A stretch of 64,000 nucleotides of DNA from Saccostrea echinata (Eukaryota): assembly GCF_033153115.1 (NCBI RefSeq), contig NW_026889782.1:20026001-20090000 (forward strand), given 5' to 3'. A program made the translations under genes and the position numbers. The notes beneath the pieces were generated by a model, which saw nothing but the letters and a program-made list of their open reading frames with translations, made no database searches and had not been told where the DNA came from. Below are positions 41,801 through 54,793 of the stretch, one piece after another; position 1 is the first letter of the stretch, and each line of letters begins with the position of its first letter.

Positions 41801-43359
41801 TTCGAAGCATTGCTTAGAAAAAATATGGCATTTATTAAAATCACATTACTCAGAATGTCAATAAAAATATTTACCTCCTTTATCACAAGGATCAGAATCG
41901 GATTCTGAACGAGATCGATGAGATATTACCGCTGATCCTCTTTTTTGTCTTAGAAGCCAAGATTTCACCCTTTCTTTAGATTCTGATTTTCCATTACCTA
42001 ATGTAAGTATAAAACAAGAGAGAATAATCAACATTTCTTGTCAGTCTGTGAATTAATTAAACGCCATATTCACCAAGAGTTAGGTTGTAATGTACGTATA
42101 TATTATATAAAAGGTCTGATAGAGATGTCATGAGGTATAAAGAAAACAAGGAGTATTCACAAACACGAACTATTAAAACAAATTATAAAGTGAAATAAGG
42201 GGAGGGGGTAGTGAATCTTGTTTAAGAAAAGTAATATCATTTGAATAAAACATATTATTGATGATGTCATAAAGAAGACTTACCACCTTCGTCATCAGAA
42301 TCAGATAGGGTTTGGCTTGGAGGTCTTTTGGATATTATCGGTGACACTCTTTGACTTTCTGGAAGCGAAGCTTGCAAACTCTCTTCGGATTCTGATCTTT
42401 GAATAGCTAAATTAAATATTAATGTAAAACATTGCAAATAAAGAAAAATTAATATGTGTCAAATAAAATATGGAGATAACGGACAGTATTCAAGCTCAAA
42501 GTCCATTTAGACAATACAAATCGGGAGCAGAGCAAAACGGACCTCCAAAACATCGGAGGTTTCTCGTTATGTGTCAGTTTGTACAGGAATTAGATGTCAT
42601 TTCACCAAGTGTAAGAATCAAATGTACACATTACATGTATATGAGTTCATGTAAAGATGTGATGACATCTCTGTCTTAATGACTGCTTTATACTTTTTTT
42701 GCCTGTATTGCATGCATATTATTGCACGTATACTTCTATTAAGAATATTCAAATTTGACTGGCTTGTTAGAAGGCTTTTAAACTCAATAATGACACCAAA
42801 AAGTACCGTTTACAGCAATAATGACCCAGTCATTATTAATAATGACCGCTAAAAATGACCTTTTAATCAAAATTCCATTCAAATTAAAAAAAAATTATGC
42901 ATACAGAAATGATTGTTTATTACAAAGAATGCTGTTATAAAAATATGCATAGTCTTTTTATGATACGCATTAGGAATACGATTGGCCTTTATAGACAGTG
43001 TTACATGCATCATAAAATTTATCGTTTTCATTGAAACTTTCGTTACAATGTCAAATTCAACGAATAGAGGCTCGGCTCTTTTATACAGTATAAGTCTGCA
43101 CCAGATTGTCATTGTACTCGGGAATGGTAATTGTGAATTTATAAAAATGCATGTTATTGACAATCACGGAGTGTTTTAATAACTCGGCGGTGCAAAGACT
43201 TACAAGACTTGAAGGGAAAGGTAAACAACTTCATTAGCGAATCTCGAACCCGATAGACACTGATAATAACAGTTCGTAGGTCTAATACACAATTGATTAT
43301 TTTAGCAATTAAGCCTACAAAAATTGTCTTAACTGATATCGCCATAATAAAACAATTGA

Positions 43360-43519
43360 TTACCCCTTATGAGTTCAACATGGTGAAATGAGGACCCTCG
43401 ACCTGCCCACTCGCTAATCTGACCTGACCTCGGCCGCTACGCGGCCTCGGTCAGGTCAGGTCACCTTGTGGGCTAGGTGTCGGGTCCTTATTTCAAAATG
43501 TTGACCAAATAAGGGGTAA
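43360..43519. repeat. GC-rich imperfect palindrome
   Basis: TTACCCCTTAT..CTGACCTGACC..CCGCTACGCGG..GGTCAGGTCAG..ATAAGGGGTAA. Confidence 0.7.
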
Positions 43520-44027
43520 TTTATTGTATGTTATGTTTATAATGTAATATATCATTTATAGAATTACACGTTCTCTTCTGGAATGAAATCAGAAATACAC
43601 AGGATAGGCAAATCACTGACGCTAATATGATCCATAAGGTTTATATTAGACAGAAAAAATGATTATTAAAAAATGAAAAAAAAAATTAAGGAAAATCTCT
43701 TTTAAAAATTGTGTTAATAAAAGTGCAGTATACCAGTATTCAAATTAAGCGGATTCCAGTAAAAATAATTACGGCCTTCATCTTCAGACTCAGATAATAA
43801 TTGTGAGTGAGGTCGTCGGGATATTATCACTGACTCTCTTAGAGGTCTTAGAAGCGTATATTTCAAACTTTCTTCAGATTCTGATTTTTGAATAACTAAT
43901 ATAAATGAATAATTGAGAATAATAAAAATATTTATGTATCAAAATGTAAACGAATTAAACACTCTTTTCACCGAATCTTGTGTCTAAACATAAATATTAT
44001 AACAGGCCATATAGAAATGTCATTTAA

Positions 44028-44344
44028 GGTCTGACGACATGTTGCTCGAATACCTGTTTTGTATCTCTTCGTAATATACCACAAATTAATCATAATAATC
44101 ATTGTCTTGTGATTTTAAAGTGTTTTTTAAATGTTTAAGTAGGTAAGACACCATAAAAATTGTGATATTTGCAATGTTAGTGATTTCCAATAGGATTATA
44201 TATGAAATAGCATCCTCCGGTATCTTGCTCAAATGCCTGGTAAGGTACCTAAATTTTTTGTGAGGAATCTTGCTTAAGTATCAATACTTCAATGAAAACT
44301 TCTTGGAAAAAATTATATATTGTTAAGGAACATGTCGTCTGACC
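44028..44344. mobile_element. Kolobok-type MITE, copy 1
   Basis: TTAA-GGTCTGACGACATG ... CATGTCGTCTGACC-TTAA. Confidence 0.8.
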
Positions 44345-46532
44345 TTAACATCTATTTACTACACACACACTCTTTCTTTTTACTAAAGTTTTTACTTATA
44401 TAATATTGCAGAAATATATTATAATAGAATATATAATCAATAAAATTATTACTTTCATCAAATAAGAATTATACAGAATTGTCCAATAACCGACGATATT
44501 ATAATTCAAAAATAATTGTAACGGACAAAGAAAGAACAGTATGTACGATTTTAAATCCTGTATAAACTGGGTAAATCGTTTTAGAATTAAAAAAAATATC
44601 CATTTATTTAACTCACATCATTCATGATGTGAAAAAAAAATACATACCTCCCTCATCATCCGTTTCAGATGCAGATTCAGACAGAGAATGTCTGGATATT
44701 ATTGCTGACACTCTTTGAGATCCTTGAGGCGAGGATCTAAAACTTTCTTCAGATTTTGATCTTCGATTAGCTAATATGAATGTAAAAAAAATGAGAATAA
44801 AGATTATTTTTTGTGTAAATCTGCAAATGAATAAGACGTTTTCACCAAGTGAAAGGTTTAATCATACATAAATATAATATTTATTGAATCAAATGATACA
44901 TATACGTTATAGTCCAATAACAGCTATAATATGATCCATAAATTAAACAACAAACCAAGGTTACTGCTTTTTAAAAAGATCGGACATGCAATAACTTGCA
45001 GCCTTGTGTAAAGTTAAACAAATTCAAGAAATGTATTTCAAAGAGGATATTTCAGAACTTCAAGACACCACTGATATATTTCCCAGGAATGGAAACAAAG
45101 GTAATCAAGAATCGTCGTGTTTTATCAGGGATGTCTTCTGGTGGGTACATTGTTTTTTTCTCTTTAAAACTGAATTTCAGAGATTCATTTTTAAAAGTTT
45201 AATTTCAAATACATAATCTTATTTCTAAAAAAAAAGCTTTTTAATTTTATTTCATGTTTTTTAAATGTTATCCCCCCTTTTAAAAAAAATTGAATACACT
45301 ATTGATCTTCTCACTTTTCAGGCTCTCTTTCTTGGTATGTGTTCATGTATTTGTATGATAAATAACAGATAAACATTGTGAAATTTTTAAACCGGGCAGG
45401 GGACCGAAATAATACAATGATTGGCTCAGATCTGAACTCACCAATGGCTTCATGGTAAAGTGATATTGAAGGGTAACCTTAAGATAAAGCTCTAGAGAGC
45501 CATTAGGGGACTTTTTGCGCTTAAGAATATCTTGATGTTAGTAAGGCTCTGGAGAAAAAAAAATATTTTCGTTCTTCCTTTAAAACTAACCATGTGCTTT
45601 AATACATGAACATATTGAAAATCAAATGATTGTGGTGTTATCCAAAGGGCTAGAATAGTCAGGTGTACTTTCAAAAGTTAAGAAAAATTACTTTTTAAAC
45701 TAAATATTGAATAAAAAGTAAATATGATATTGAAAAATTAAAGTTCCGTTTTAAACTTACATTCTGATCTAAAATTCAGCTGCATCTGTGACCAAAATAA
45801 AAGAAAAAAAGTTTATGCAAATATATTTTTATGATAGCATATATTCTCTTCAATCAAAGCAATTGTTTTTTTTTTCTTGTTTAGTATCCATTTCTTCTAA
45901 AAACAACGACAAAGTCAGGTTTTTCAAAAATTATTATTTTTTTTTTATGAAAAGGAAAACATCATGAAAAGGAGGGGCTTTATAATATCAACACAACACT
46001 TGAAGCCTATTACAATTCATTTCTATTGTTATTGGGATTCTCACTTTTATTAAATTTTGGAGTACCAGTGAAAATGAGCTAAAGTTTTTCTTTAACTTGG
46101 GAAATATTTATATAAAGAGAAATCTTTCTCAAAACACATTTGACCTTGACGTTTAATCTTCCAGGCAATCAAAATGAAGACATTATTTTAAAAATCGAAT
46201 GAATAGTATAAAGTTTGTTTTCTACTTAACCAAACCTGGTAGTCCAGTAATTTACTTAATTGTAGAGATGGAACTACATATGAGGTCTTTTGATAATTTG
46301 GATCCCAAAATAATCGGATAATGCATACTTTTTTTAAACAAGTTCAGTGTCTCATACATAAACATGTACATGTAGGAGGGAAAAAGTGAAAGGGAATATA
46401 TATGGTTGTTTTCGCTTGTAGCCTTCATCTTAAAGTCAAAATTCTCTGTCAAATTAAAGCAGGAAATCAACTCTCATTCCTATTAATAACTCTTAAAATA
46501 CACGTTTGCTAGCATTTGCGCCCAAAATGAGA

Positions 46533-46812
46533 GTTTGTTTGTTTGTATGTTGTTTTACGTCCTTCTCGAGAATTTTTCTGTCATATGGAGACGCCACCAC
46601 TTGCCGCTGAAGAGCTGCAAATTTTGTCCTATACTCGGCACTTACGGCCATTGAGCAGTGAGGGGTCTTTTTCGTGCCAGCACCTACTGCGACACGGGCC
46701 ATCGGTTTATACGGTCTCATCCGAAGGACCGGTCTCCATGTCCCACAGTGGGATTCGAACCCGCGATGTAAGGATCAACTCCTTACTTCGCGACTCTAGA
46801 GCAGACGCTCTC
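46533..46812 (-). mobile_element. tRNA-derived SINE, same family
   Basis: Closely similar to 49165-49461. Confidence 0.85.
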
Positions 46813-48135
46813 CCAATGAGAGAAATAATATTACATGTATGACCAAATTTGATGATATAAAAATTGCTTACGATTCATGTATAAAAAGAGCTCATTAAGA
46901 AAAGCATAAAAATCTGCGTGTTATATATTCACTAAAGTTTTTTTTATGAATATATTTAATTTATGGCATTTGTAAAGCTAATTGAATATCAGAAACCTCA
47001 TCAGAAATTCATTTCTTAATTTTAAAAAAAGCTTTATCATACCAAATTTTATACTATTAATGCTGTCTAGCGCACAGTTATAATGCTTGTTTTTCCCATA
47101 ATGTAATGAGAAACACATATATTATATATGTGTCACACGTTACTCATTGCACTAAAAATTACCTTTTTAATATTTTCGTTTATACTTTTTTGTAACTTCT
47201 TCTGGTGCTTTATTAACTTTCTTTTCAATTCCTGTGAAAGTACACAAAAATAAAGTATAAATTGCACTTAACCCTTTTAAAACACAAATTTAAAGAAAGT
47301 ATTGATACAAACGAATTCTGTCTGGTTCAGAAACGTGAAAAGTTAACAAAAACTCTATATTATATATACAGTCAAACTTCATTATCTCTTCTGCGAAAGG
47401 GTAGATGAAAATCTTTGAGATATCTGAGGAATAGAGATAACAAGGGTAAAATACATTAATAATTAAGTGATTGGGACTTTAAGACTTCTTTGACATATCC
47501 ATGGTATTCGAGTTATCGGTATTCGAGATACCGAGTTTCAACTGTTATTGGTCCTTACCACAATCTTATCTTCTTCACTTATATCCATTTCACTGAAAAC
47601 AATAATGGAGTGTAAGTAAAATGAATTGTATAGTCTAAATTGATAATAAAACATTCCTCATATTTTTATTGCAAAGTATGTAACCGCTTACCCCTTTGTG
47701 ATCAGAGCAGCCTGACCCTCAATTTCTCTAGTTTTTCTTAGTTTTAAGTCATAGTTACTGTCATATATGAAAACTGTTCAAAATAATTAAAAAAACAAAA
47801 ATATCACAATTGTACATGTATTGCAAGGAATAGAAAAAAAAACAATACAATCTTTACCGAATTCACTTTATACAGTAAAACACGTTTATGACGAAGTGCA
47901 CAGACGGAAAATTTTGCTTTTCTAAGCGGTATACGTCAATGTATCTTAAAGTCAAGAGGAATGAACTAATCACTTCGCTAGAAGTCAATTCATTGTAAGC
48001 GTGTTTTACTGCAGTAGGCAAAACAGTGTTCAAAATTTATAGATGAAAAAAGACATCACAAATGTACATGGATGAAAAAAAAACAACATTATCCATTGGA
48101 CGTTGTACTAGCAACAACAGTGTACATATACTGAC

Positions 48136-51100
48136 CTCGTATAAACATGGGAATTTTGTTAAACTTTTTGATATCATCTTCATGAGTATATGGGTTATGA
48201 TGAAGATTAGTTTTGTCATCTTCATCATTGACATCATCATCATCAACAGAGTTGCAGCATTTGACCGTCCTATAACGAATCTTTGACTTTATATCCCACA
48301 CGACGGCTTGTGTGATAAAGAATGGAACTGCAAGAAGCTGCATGTGTACAGGGAAAATACTTTTAACACTGAACTCCTCCAAGAAATCCGTTTGAAGTTG
48401 TCACCAATAAAATTTTGATTGCTCATGTACCTCAGAAAATGTGCAACTGTAAACGAAAATAATATGTCCATTTATTTTTTTTATCTTTATAATATTTGTG
48501 ATGATTACTTTGGTGGGAGAAATGCTCATTCTTACGTTCAAATTGCATTGCATTTCTCTGTTTATACACTGTAACGGTATATATATTCAAAAATTCAAAA
48601 CCAACGTCATTTTACTTTTTTCACTTCATAAAAACAAATAAAACAATGCAACATCCTCATATGACAAAAATCTAATTAAAAAACTTTTTATAGGAAGTAA
48701 TACATAATTATTTAATATACTGAGGTCTTGTTATAGCACTAGGGATTATAGTTTTATCTTGCATATATCGTTTTGATAAGAAGCTCTATTTTTCAACTTT
48801 ACCCTAGTTGAATATTACTTGATGAAAATTAAATCTTATCGGTCTAGAAAACTGAGTAAAGGACTAAATGTTAAGCTCTTTATCGGTATATGTTGATGTC
48901 TCAATACCTAAACAGTTCTCGAATGGGACGTTAATCAACATACAATCAATAAATCTTACTGAACATAATCAATTGTTTACTAATCCCGGTCGCCATTTCC
49001 TCTGTTATTACTGACAACAATCGGGGAGATCGAAAGCATGCGTTCTATTCTACTTGGAAAGTGCTGCTAGAATCGTTGAATAAACACGGATTAAAGAATA
49101 TTCTCAGTTCATATGCATAACATTTCAAACATGGGGTAAGGTTGCATGCATTAGTGGAGAAGATTGATCGATAGATTGTTGTTTAACGTCCTTCTCGAGA
49201 ATTTTTCACTCATATGGAGACGCCACCACTTGCCGATGGAGGGCTACAAATTTTGACCTATGCTCGGCACTCAGGGCCATTGAGCAGTGAGGGATCTTTT
49301 TCGTGCCAGCACCTACTGCGACACGGGACCTAGATTTATATGGTCTCATCAGAAGGACCGGTCTCCACGTCCCACAGTGGGATTCGAGCCTCAACGTAAG
49401 GATCAACTCCTTACTCCGCGACTCTAGAGCAGACGCTCTCAACACTGCGCCACGCGGGCGACTACTGCAGAAGAAATATTTAGTGGAGGATAAATAATTT
49501 CACTGAAAAAAAGGATATTAGCAGCATTATTTTAGGCATGTGAGGTTTTTTTCCGTTATATCTTTTATTAAAGAAAATGATTTAAGCCTAGTGTTTTGTT
49601 CTGCTAACTTTTTGATAAGGAATATTTTGCTATTCGTAGCAGTCACCTGATGAATTCAAATCTAATATATTTTGGTTTAGATAAGGTAAAGTTCATACCT
49701 GTACATGGCAATCAGCAAATATAAAAGCAATATGACTGCGATAAGCACATAAACAGCTTTCAGATAGGGGGCCAGAAAAGTCCCAAGAGATGACGGACAA
49801 CGTTCTTTTAATTCCGCTCTATATATAGTTTGGTTGAAGGTACAGTCAGGCTCTTTCACTGTAATTTTTTAGAATACACCTCTCTTTTTTCTCTGTATTA
49901 GTAAGTTAATCTGTTTTTTATGTTAAATATAAGAAAGTTCAAGCAAACGCGTGAGATCAATTTCTGCCATACAAACTACAAATTCATTTAAATTTTGTGA
50001 TAAACAAGCATATACATTAAAAAGATATCATCCAACTAGTGTGTTAATTATATGCTTAGGTAAATTTACAACTGTCTGTAAGACTGTGAAATCAAATATT
50101 TTCGTGGGGTCAAATTTTCGAAGTTTGCGGAAAATATATTAGTTTGTAGGGATTTAATTTCGTGGTTGGAGAGGTGTTAAGTAGTTTTGTATATGAAATT
50201 TTACATTTCGTGTTGGATATTAATCTGTGAGACTCTGCATACCTAGACGGCAACGACCCCCCCCCCCCCCAAAAAAAAAAAAAAATTAATGATTTCACAG
50301 TATACATGTATCTAATGCTTAAATATCTTACGTTTTTCTGTATCCAACTCAATTTCGAATAACAACCAATACCCATTCCTTGCAATTCTCTCCAATTCTT
50401 TAAACGTAAATTCAGAGTTGTCTGCATACAGTATCGCATGATATGATATGTTGTAGCACATCCCGATCACAATCATGATTGACATCAAGGCAAATGTGTC
50501 TAAAAACTACAAACAAATAAATCATTATGATAGTGCATTTCTTTCAATAAAAAAGAGAAAAGCTTTGCATTGTGTTGTGATAGTAAGATAACCTACCAAT
50601 ATAAGTTTGTTTTCTCCTGAATATGGGAATAAGTTAAAGTAAACGTTTTACTGAAGTCTTTCTTATTAATTGAAAATTATTAATGTGATGAAACCAATAC
50701 TAAAACTGTCCCTCATATTTAGCTGCGTTTATTACTTTTTGAGTCAACAATAACAATAGTTATAAATAATACGGATATGTATTAATTAATATTTCCATTC
50801 TGAATAAAGCTGTTTAACACAATTTTTTTTAAATACATGATAATGAAATATTACGTTTCACTACGTTTTAATTTTAAATGAAGAATTTTAAAATTTATCG
50901 TATCAACTTATTAAGGCAGCATTCATCTGATTGTTTAATATACATAAGAAGTAATAAATGCTTTTATTTTCTAAATAAGCAAGTATTTTGAATGAAGATT
51001 TTAAAATTTATTGTTTCAACTTATTAAGGCATCATTCATGTGATTGATTAATATACATAAGACGTAATTGATGCTTTTATTTTTTAAATCAACAAGCTAT

Positions 51101-54100
51101 AGATTATTTTTGTCTTACGATTCGATATTTACCATTTTACGGATCATAACCAGTTTTGGACCGAGCAATTTTGACATGGAAAACATATGGAGTATTCGAA
51201 TGCTCAATATGATGAATCCTGCGACAAGCAGCACCTTTGATGCGTTAATATAGAGACTTCCCTCTCCCAGTTGCATTAGCATACCACTTGTATAGGTAAT
51301 CACAGACAACCAGTCAAGATAATTCCAAGGGTCAGTAAAATACTGCGACTTCCTTCGCCTAATTACGGCAACAATAACCTTTAAAGATAAACCGTCTAAT
51401 ACAATTATACCAGTATTACTAAAGCTAGATATCAATCGAAGTTTTATCAGACCTAAGTGTCATGCATTATTAAAGCACCACAAAAAAGTTACTAATACGA
51501 TACATATTCCATGCTAAAATTTAATATAAAGTGAGCTTTGTTCTTTATCGTTAAAGAATTATGGAAACGAATGAAGAGTTTTAAACAAAATATAACACTA
51601 AATGAAAAGATATGAAAATTATCCTTCAGTTTGTATAGCCAGAATGCATATTAAAGGCAATGTTTGTTTTCAATTTAAGCAATCCTTAAGCTTGCTTTTC
51701 TTCCAAAAAAGTTGGTGAAAATAATGGACAAAATGTCATAATTTCAATTATATATACATGAAAAACTTCATTATACAGAATATTTCTTGCGCGGGTAAAT
51801 TTTAATTACAATGCAAAATTTCGTTTACAAACATATTTTGCCTTTTTCCAAGCACACAGCAAGTACACTAGGACACAATTACTTCATTTATTTAATAAAT
51901 AAATGTTGTACTAAACATATGCAACAGAACAATTTTTGAGCAACATTTATATAAAAGTGCATTTTTTTCTGAAATAAAGAACGATAATTAGCTCAATGAT
52001 AATAAATTGGATATGCAATAATTGACAAATTCGTTCAGAAGTACCTGCTTCATTTCGTCAAGGAAAAAACTAGCCATCCAAAGAATGAGAAACATGTCCG
52101 TGTTAGAAATCTCTCTACCAAAGTCAAAAAGGAGCATATATGCATACCCTGTCTGTAGACTAAAGAGACTCAGCTGAAAATATAACATACCCTGTCTGCA
52201 GACTAAAGAGACTCAGCTGAAAATATAATTTTAAACTGTGTTTCCTATGTATGCATTAAAGTTCTGTAATAGCTTATTATTCAAATATCTTTAGGACGGA
52301 AGTTTAGAAAAACACATGAATCCAATTTAAAAAATTACAAAACAACAACATTGGATAATATTATATTTCAGCAGTAATCTTAACTTTAACTGAAAATAGT
52401 AATGCAATGTTTGTTTTTATTTATTTCTGTGAATTCAACATATTTTAACGTTGCATAAGCTACAACATTTTATCAAAACGTAGAGAGGTATCCCATTTTA
52501 AGTGATAGAATCAATTAAAAAACATGAAGTCAAGCCAAAGATTCTAAACAAACAAAGAAAGAAAAAATACTTTAAAGACAAAACAATAATAATAATAATA
52601 AAACAAAACAAACAAACAACCAACCAAACAAAAAAAAGAGATTATGTGATACGTTTGCTCTGCAAAACTAACACCAGTCATTGATGGATGGAAAATATAA
52701 AAGAGCAATTGTCGTTAAAAAATAACGAAAGAGGAAATACTTTTTTCATATATTAAGTAAAGGATAAGGTGTATTAATTAGAAATTTCTAGACGAATTTA
52801 ATCCTGATGTACTCTTAATATTTGGAGAAGTACCCTTTACCCTTAAATAGCAAAACTCCAGCTAATCTTAATCAAATGATTCACATTTTCTAAAATGTAC
52901 CTTTTATCAGGAAAAAATATATACATCACTTACCACGTTCAGACAGACCTTCATGAATGGAATTTCATATTGTTTGTACAACCTTAAAATAATAAATAGA
53001 ATATATAATCACGCTCTCATGAATTCTTATCTGAATCTACTAAAACAAATTTACTTGACAAAAAAGAGATATGTATATGTATAATGGTTACCATTTAAGA
53101 GGTTTGTTGTCCATTGTTTTCATCAGAGGTGGTAAAAGTATGAAATGAAAAATCGCCAATAGCAAAAAGCCAAATATCTGCAAAATAAAAAAATAAAAGC
53201 AAATTGAACTGTGTACTTCCAAATCAGTAATAAATTACAATATAGAGAGTATAGATGCTTTTAATTTGATACAAAAAAATCAAAAAATATAACTTTACTA
53301 ACTCGCTTCACTGTAAGCTTTTCTCCCCCGTACCACATTAGGTTAAGAATGTTTTTCACAACTTCGTTGTCAAGAAATACTTTGTTCTGGGTTCGAATAC
53401 CATCCGTAAGGTAACCATGATTGAGAAGAAGTCTGCCAGAATGCTGAATGTTTGCTTTTGCTTCTTTCTTATCGTTTTCTTCCTTTTCTTTCTTTTTATT
53501 TTCCTTTTTTCGCAATTTAATATCCTTTTGTTTATCGGTTTCATTAACGCAGCTGATGATTCGAAGCGCTTGCTGGGTAAATTTTCTGTATAAAAAATGC
53601 ATGTAAATCAAAAACTCAAAATTTTCACGTTAATAAAAGGCTGTACTTTCTGCTACCCTCTGTAGCACCAATTGATATATTGCTATTCATATGTTAATGT
53701 TTGAGGTTTTTTTCTTATTCTTATAAGTTTTTAATGCTTTGGAATATGTTTAGAAGACTATTTATCAGCAGAGGGAAGTGATACCTTATAGGCGCAACTT
53801 CAGTTCTGTAACCAGTTTCTTTTTTTAATGAATATCTTATCGGTTAGCATCATAATGTGAAACTTAATATTAGACAGCAAGTTTTCTTTTTATGAATCAA
53901 GTGTGACAGAGAAGATGTTTGTCAAATGGTTTTTATGATTATAATTTTCAGGAAAAAATTAAAAACATATAAAAATGGATTCTCAGTTTAATACTTTTTT
54001 CTTTGATTTTTTTTCATTTCATACCTGATTTCCATATTCAAAAATGTCTTGAATTTGTTTTACGTAAAAACCATATCATCTGAAATTATTTATCAGATTC

Positions 54101-54793
54101 CTTTCTATCTTTATCAAATTTGCTACCATTGAATATTTACTTTATCATAATTTGAAATATTTGTTTATCCGCTTCATTTGTCCTCCAATCATCTTCAGCT
54201 TCTTGTAGAATTACACAACCAACAAGAATAAAGTGAATACGCACCTGTCGAAAGAAAAAAAACATGTTTATAATGTATTACCTCTTATACAAACTATATT
54301 GTCAACCCACAAACCGCTGTCTGACGTATATGAGGTTTTCCCTTGAAAATAAACGCTTTTCGTTAATTAAAAAACAGACTGTACTTCGACACGATGCCGT
54401 TAAGTGTAAATTACAGGCCATCAGATTTATGCAAATTTCAAAGAATTGATTAATATATTGTTTACTCAGCAAATGTCTTCTTTTTTATTGGCAACTCTAT
54501 ATGAGTGAAAATTTCTCAAATTGGATGAAAAACAACACAAGACACGAACATTTTGTAGGAAACAGGTCCAATCACTAAAATTCTTTATTGTGATGTTCAA
54601 AAAGAATTAACAAGCTTCTGCTAAGGAACTTTACTAAATAAATTCATTTTCAACGATCAATACAAGATAAACATTCAATAACTTACACATCCTGTTTCAA
54701 CGAATTGCTTCGCGCCGGTGTAAAATTTTTCTTTCAACAGAGCTAGAAAAATCAGTCCAAACAGTCCGGAGATTGAGACTTTAAGTTTACCAT
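48136..54793 (-). CDS. TRPM-like MHR4 + transmembrane S1-S6 + TRP helix exons of gene B
   Basis: LIFLALLKE; FTQQALRIISCV; VVKNILNLMWYG; YEIPFMKV; FLDEMKQ (S2); YFTDPWNYLDW (S3); IRILHMFSMSKLLGPKLVMIRKM (S4 and S4-S5 linker); YWLLFEIELD (pore); paired pore-loop Cys; ILLLYLLIAMYSCTFSEV (S6); FYW*QLQ..LEEF (TRP box). Confidence 0.92.
49165..49461 (-). mobile_element. tRNA-derived SINE, near full length (Deu/Nin/Meta-like core)
   Basis: tRNA-like head; core GGTCCTTC.GATGAGACC..GGCACGAAAAAGATCCCTCACTGCTCAA; tail TATGAGTGAAAAATTCTCGAG. Confidence 0.85.

Larger units (their letters stand above)
39735..44770 (-). repeat. Six tandemly duplicated exons (four of 123 bp, one of 117 bp, plus the terminal exon) encoding a Ser/Arg/acidic repeat
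   Basis: Consensus approximately IQKSESEESLKASL.RSQR.SAIIS..S.SES.SE.DDEG; the five internal exons are phase 1-1; adjacent intron sequence is also similar between copies. Confidence 0.9.

Noticed and set aside
48401-48403. Selenocysteine codon
   Set aside because: The position is not a Cys site in TRP boxes, I could not identify a SECIS, and the gene has other lesions.
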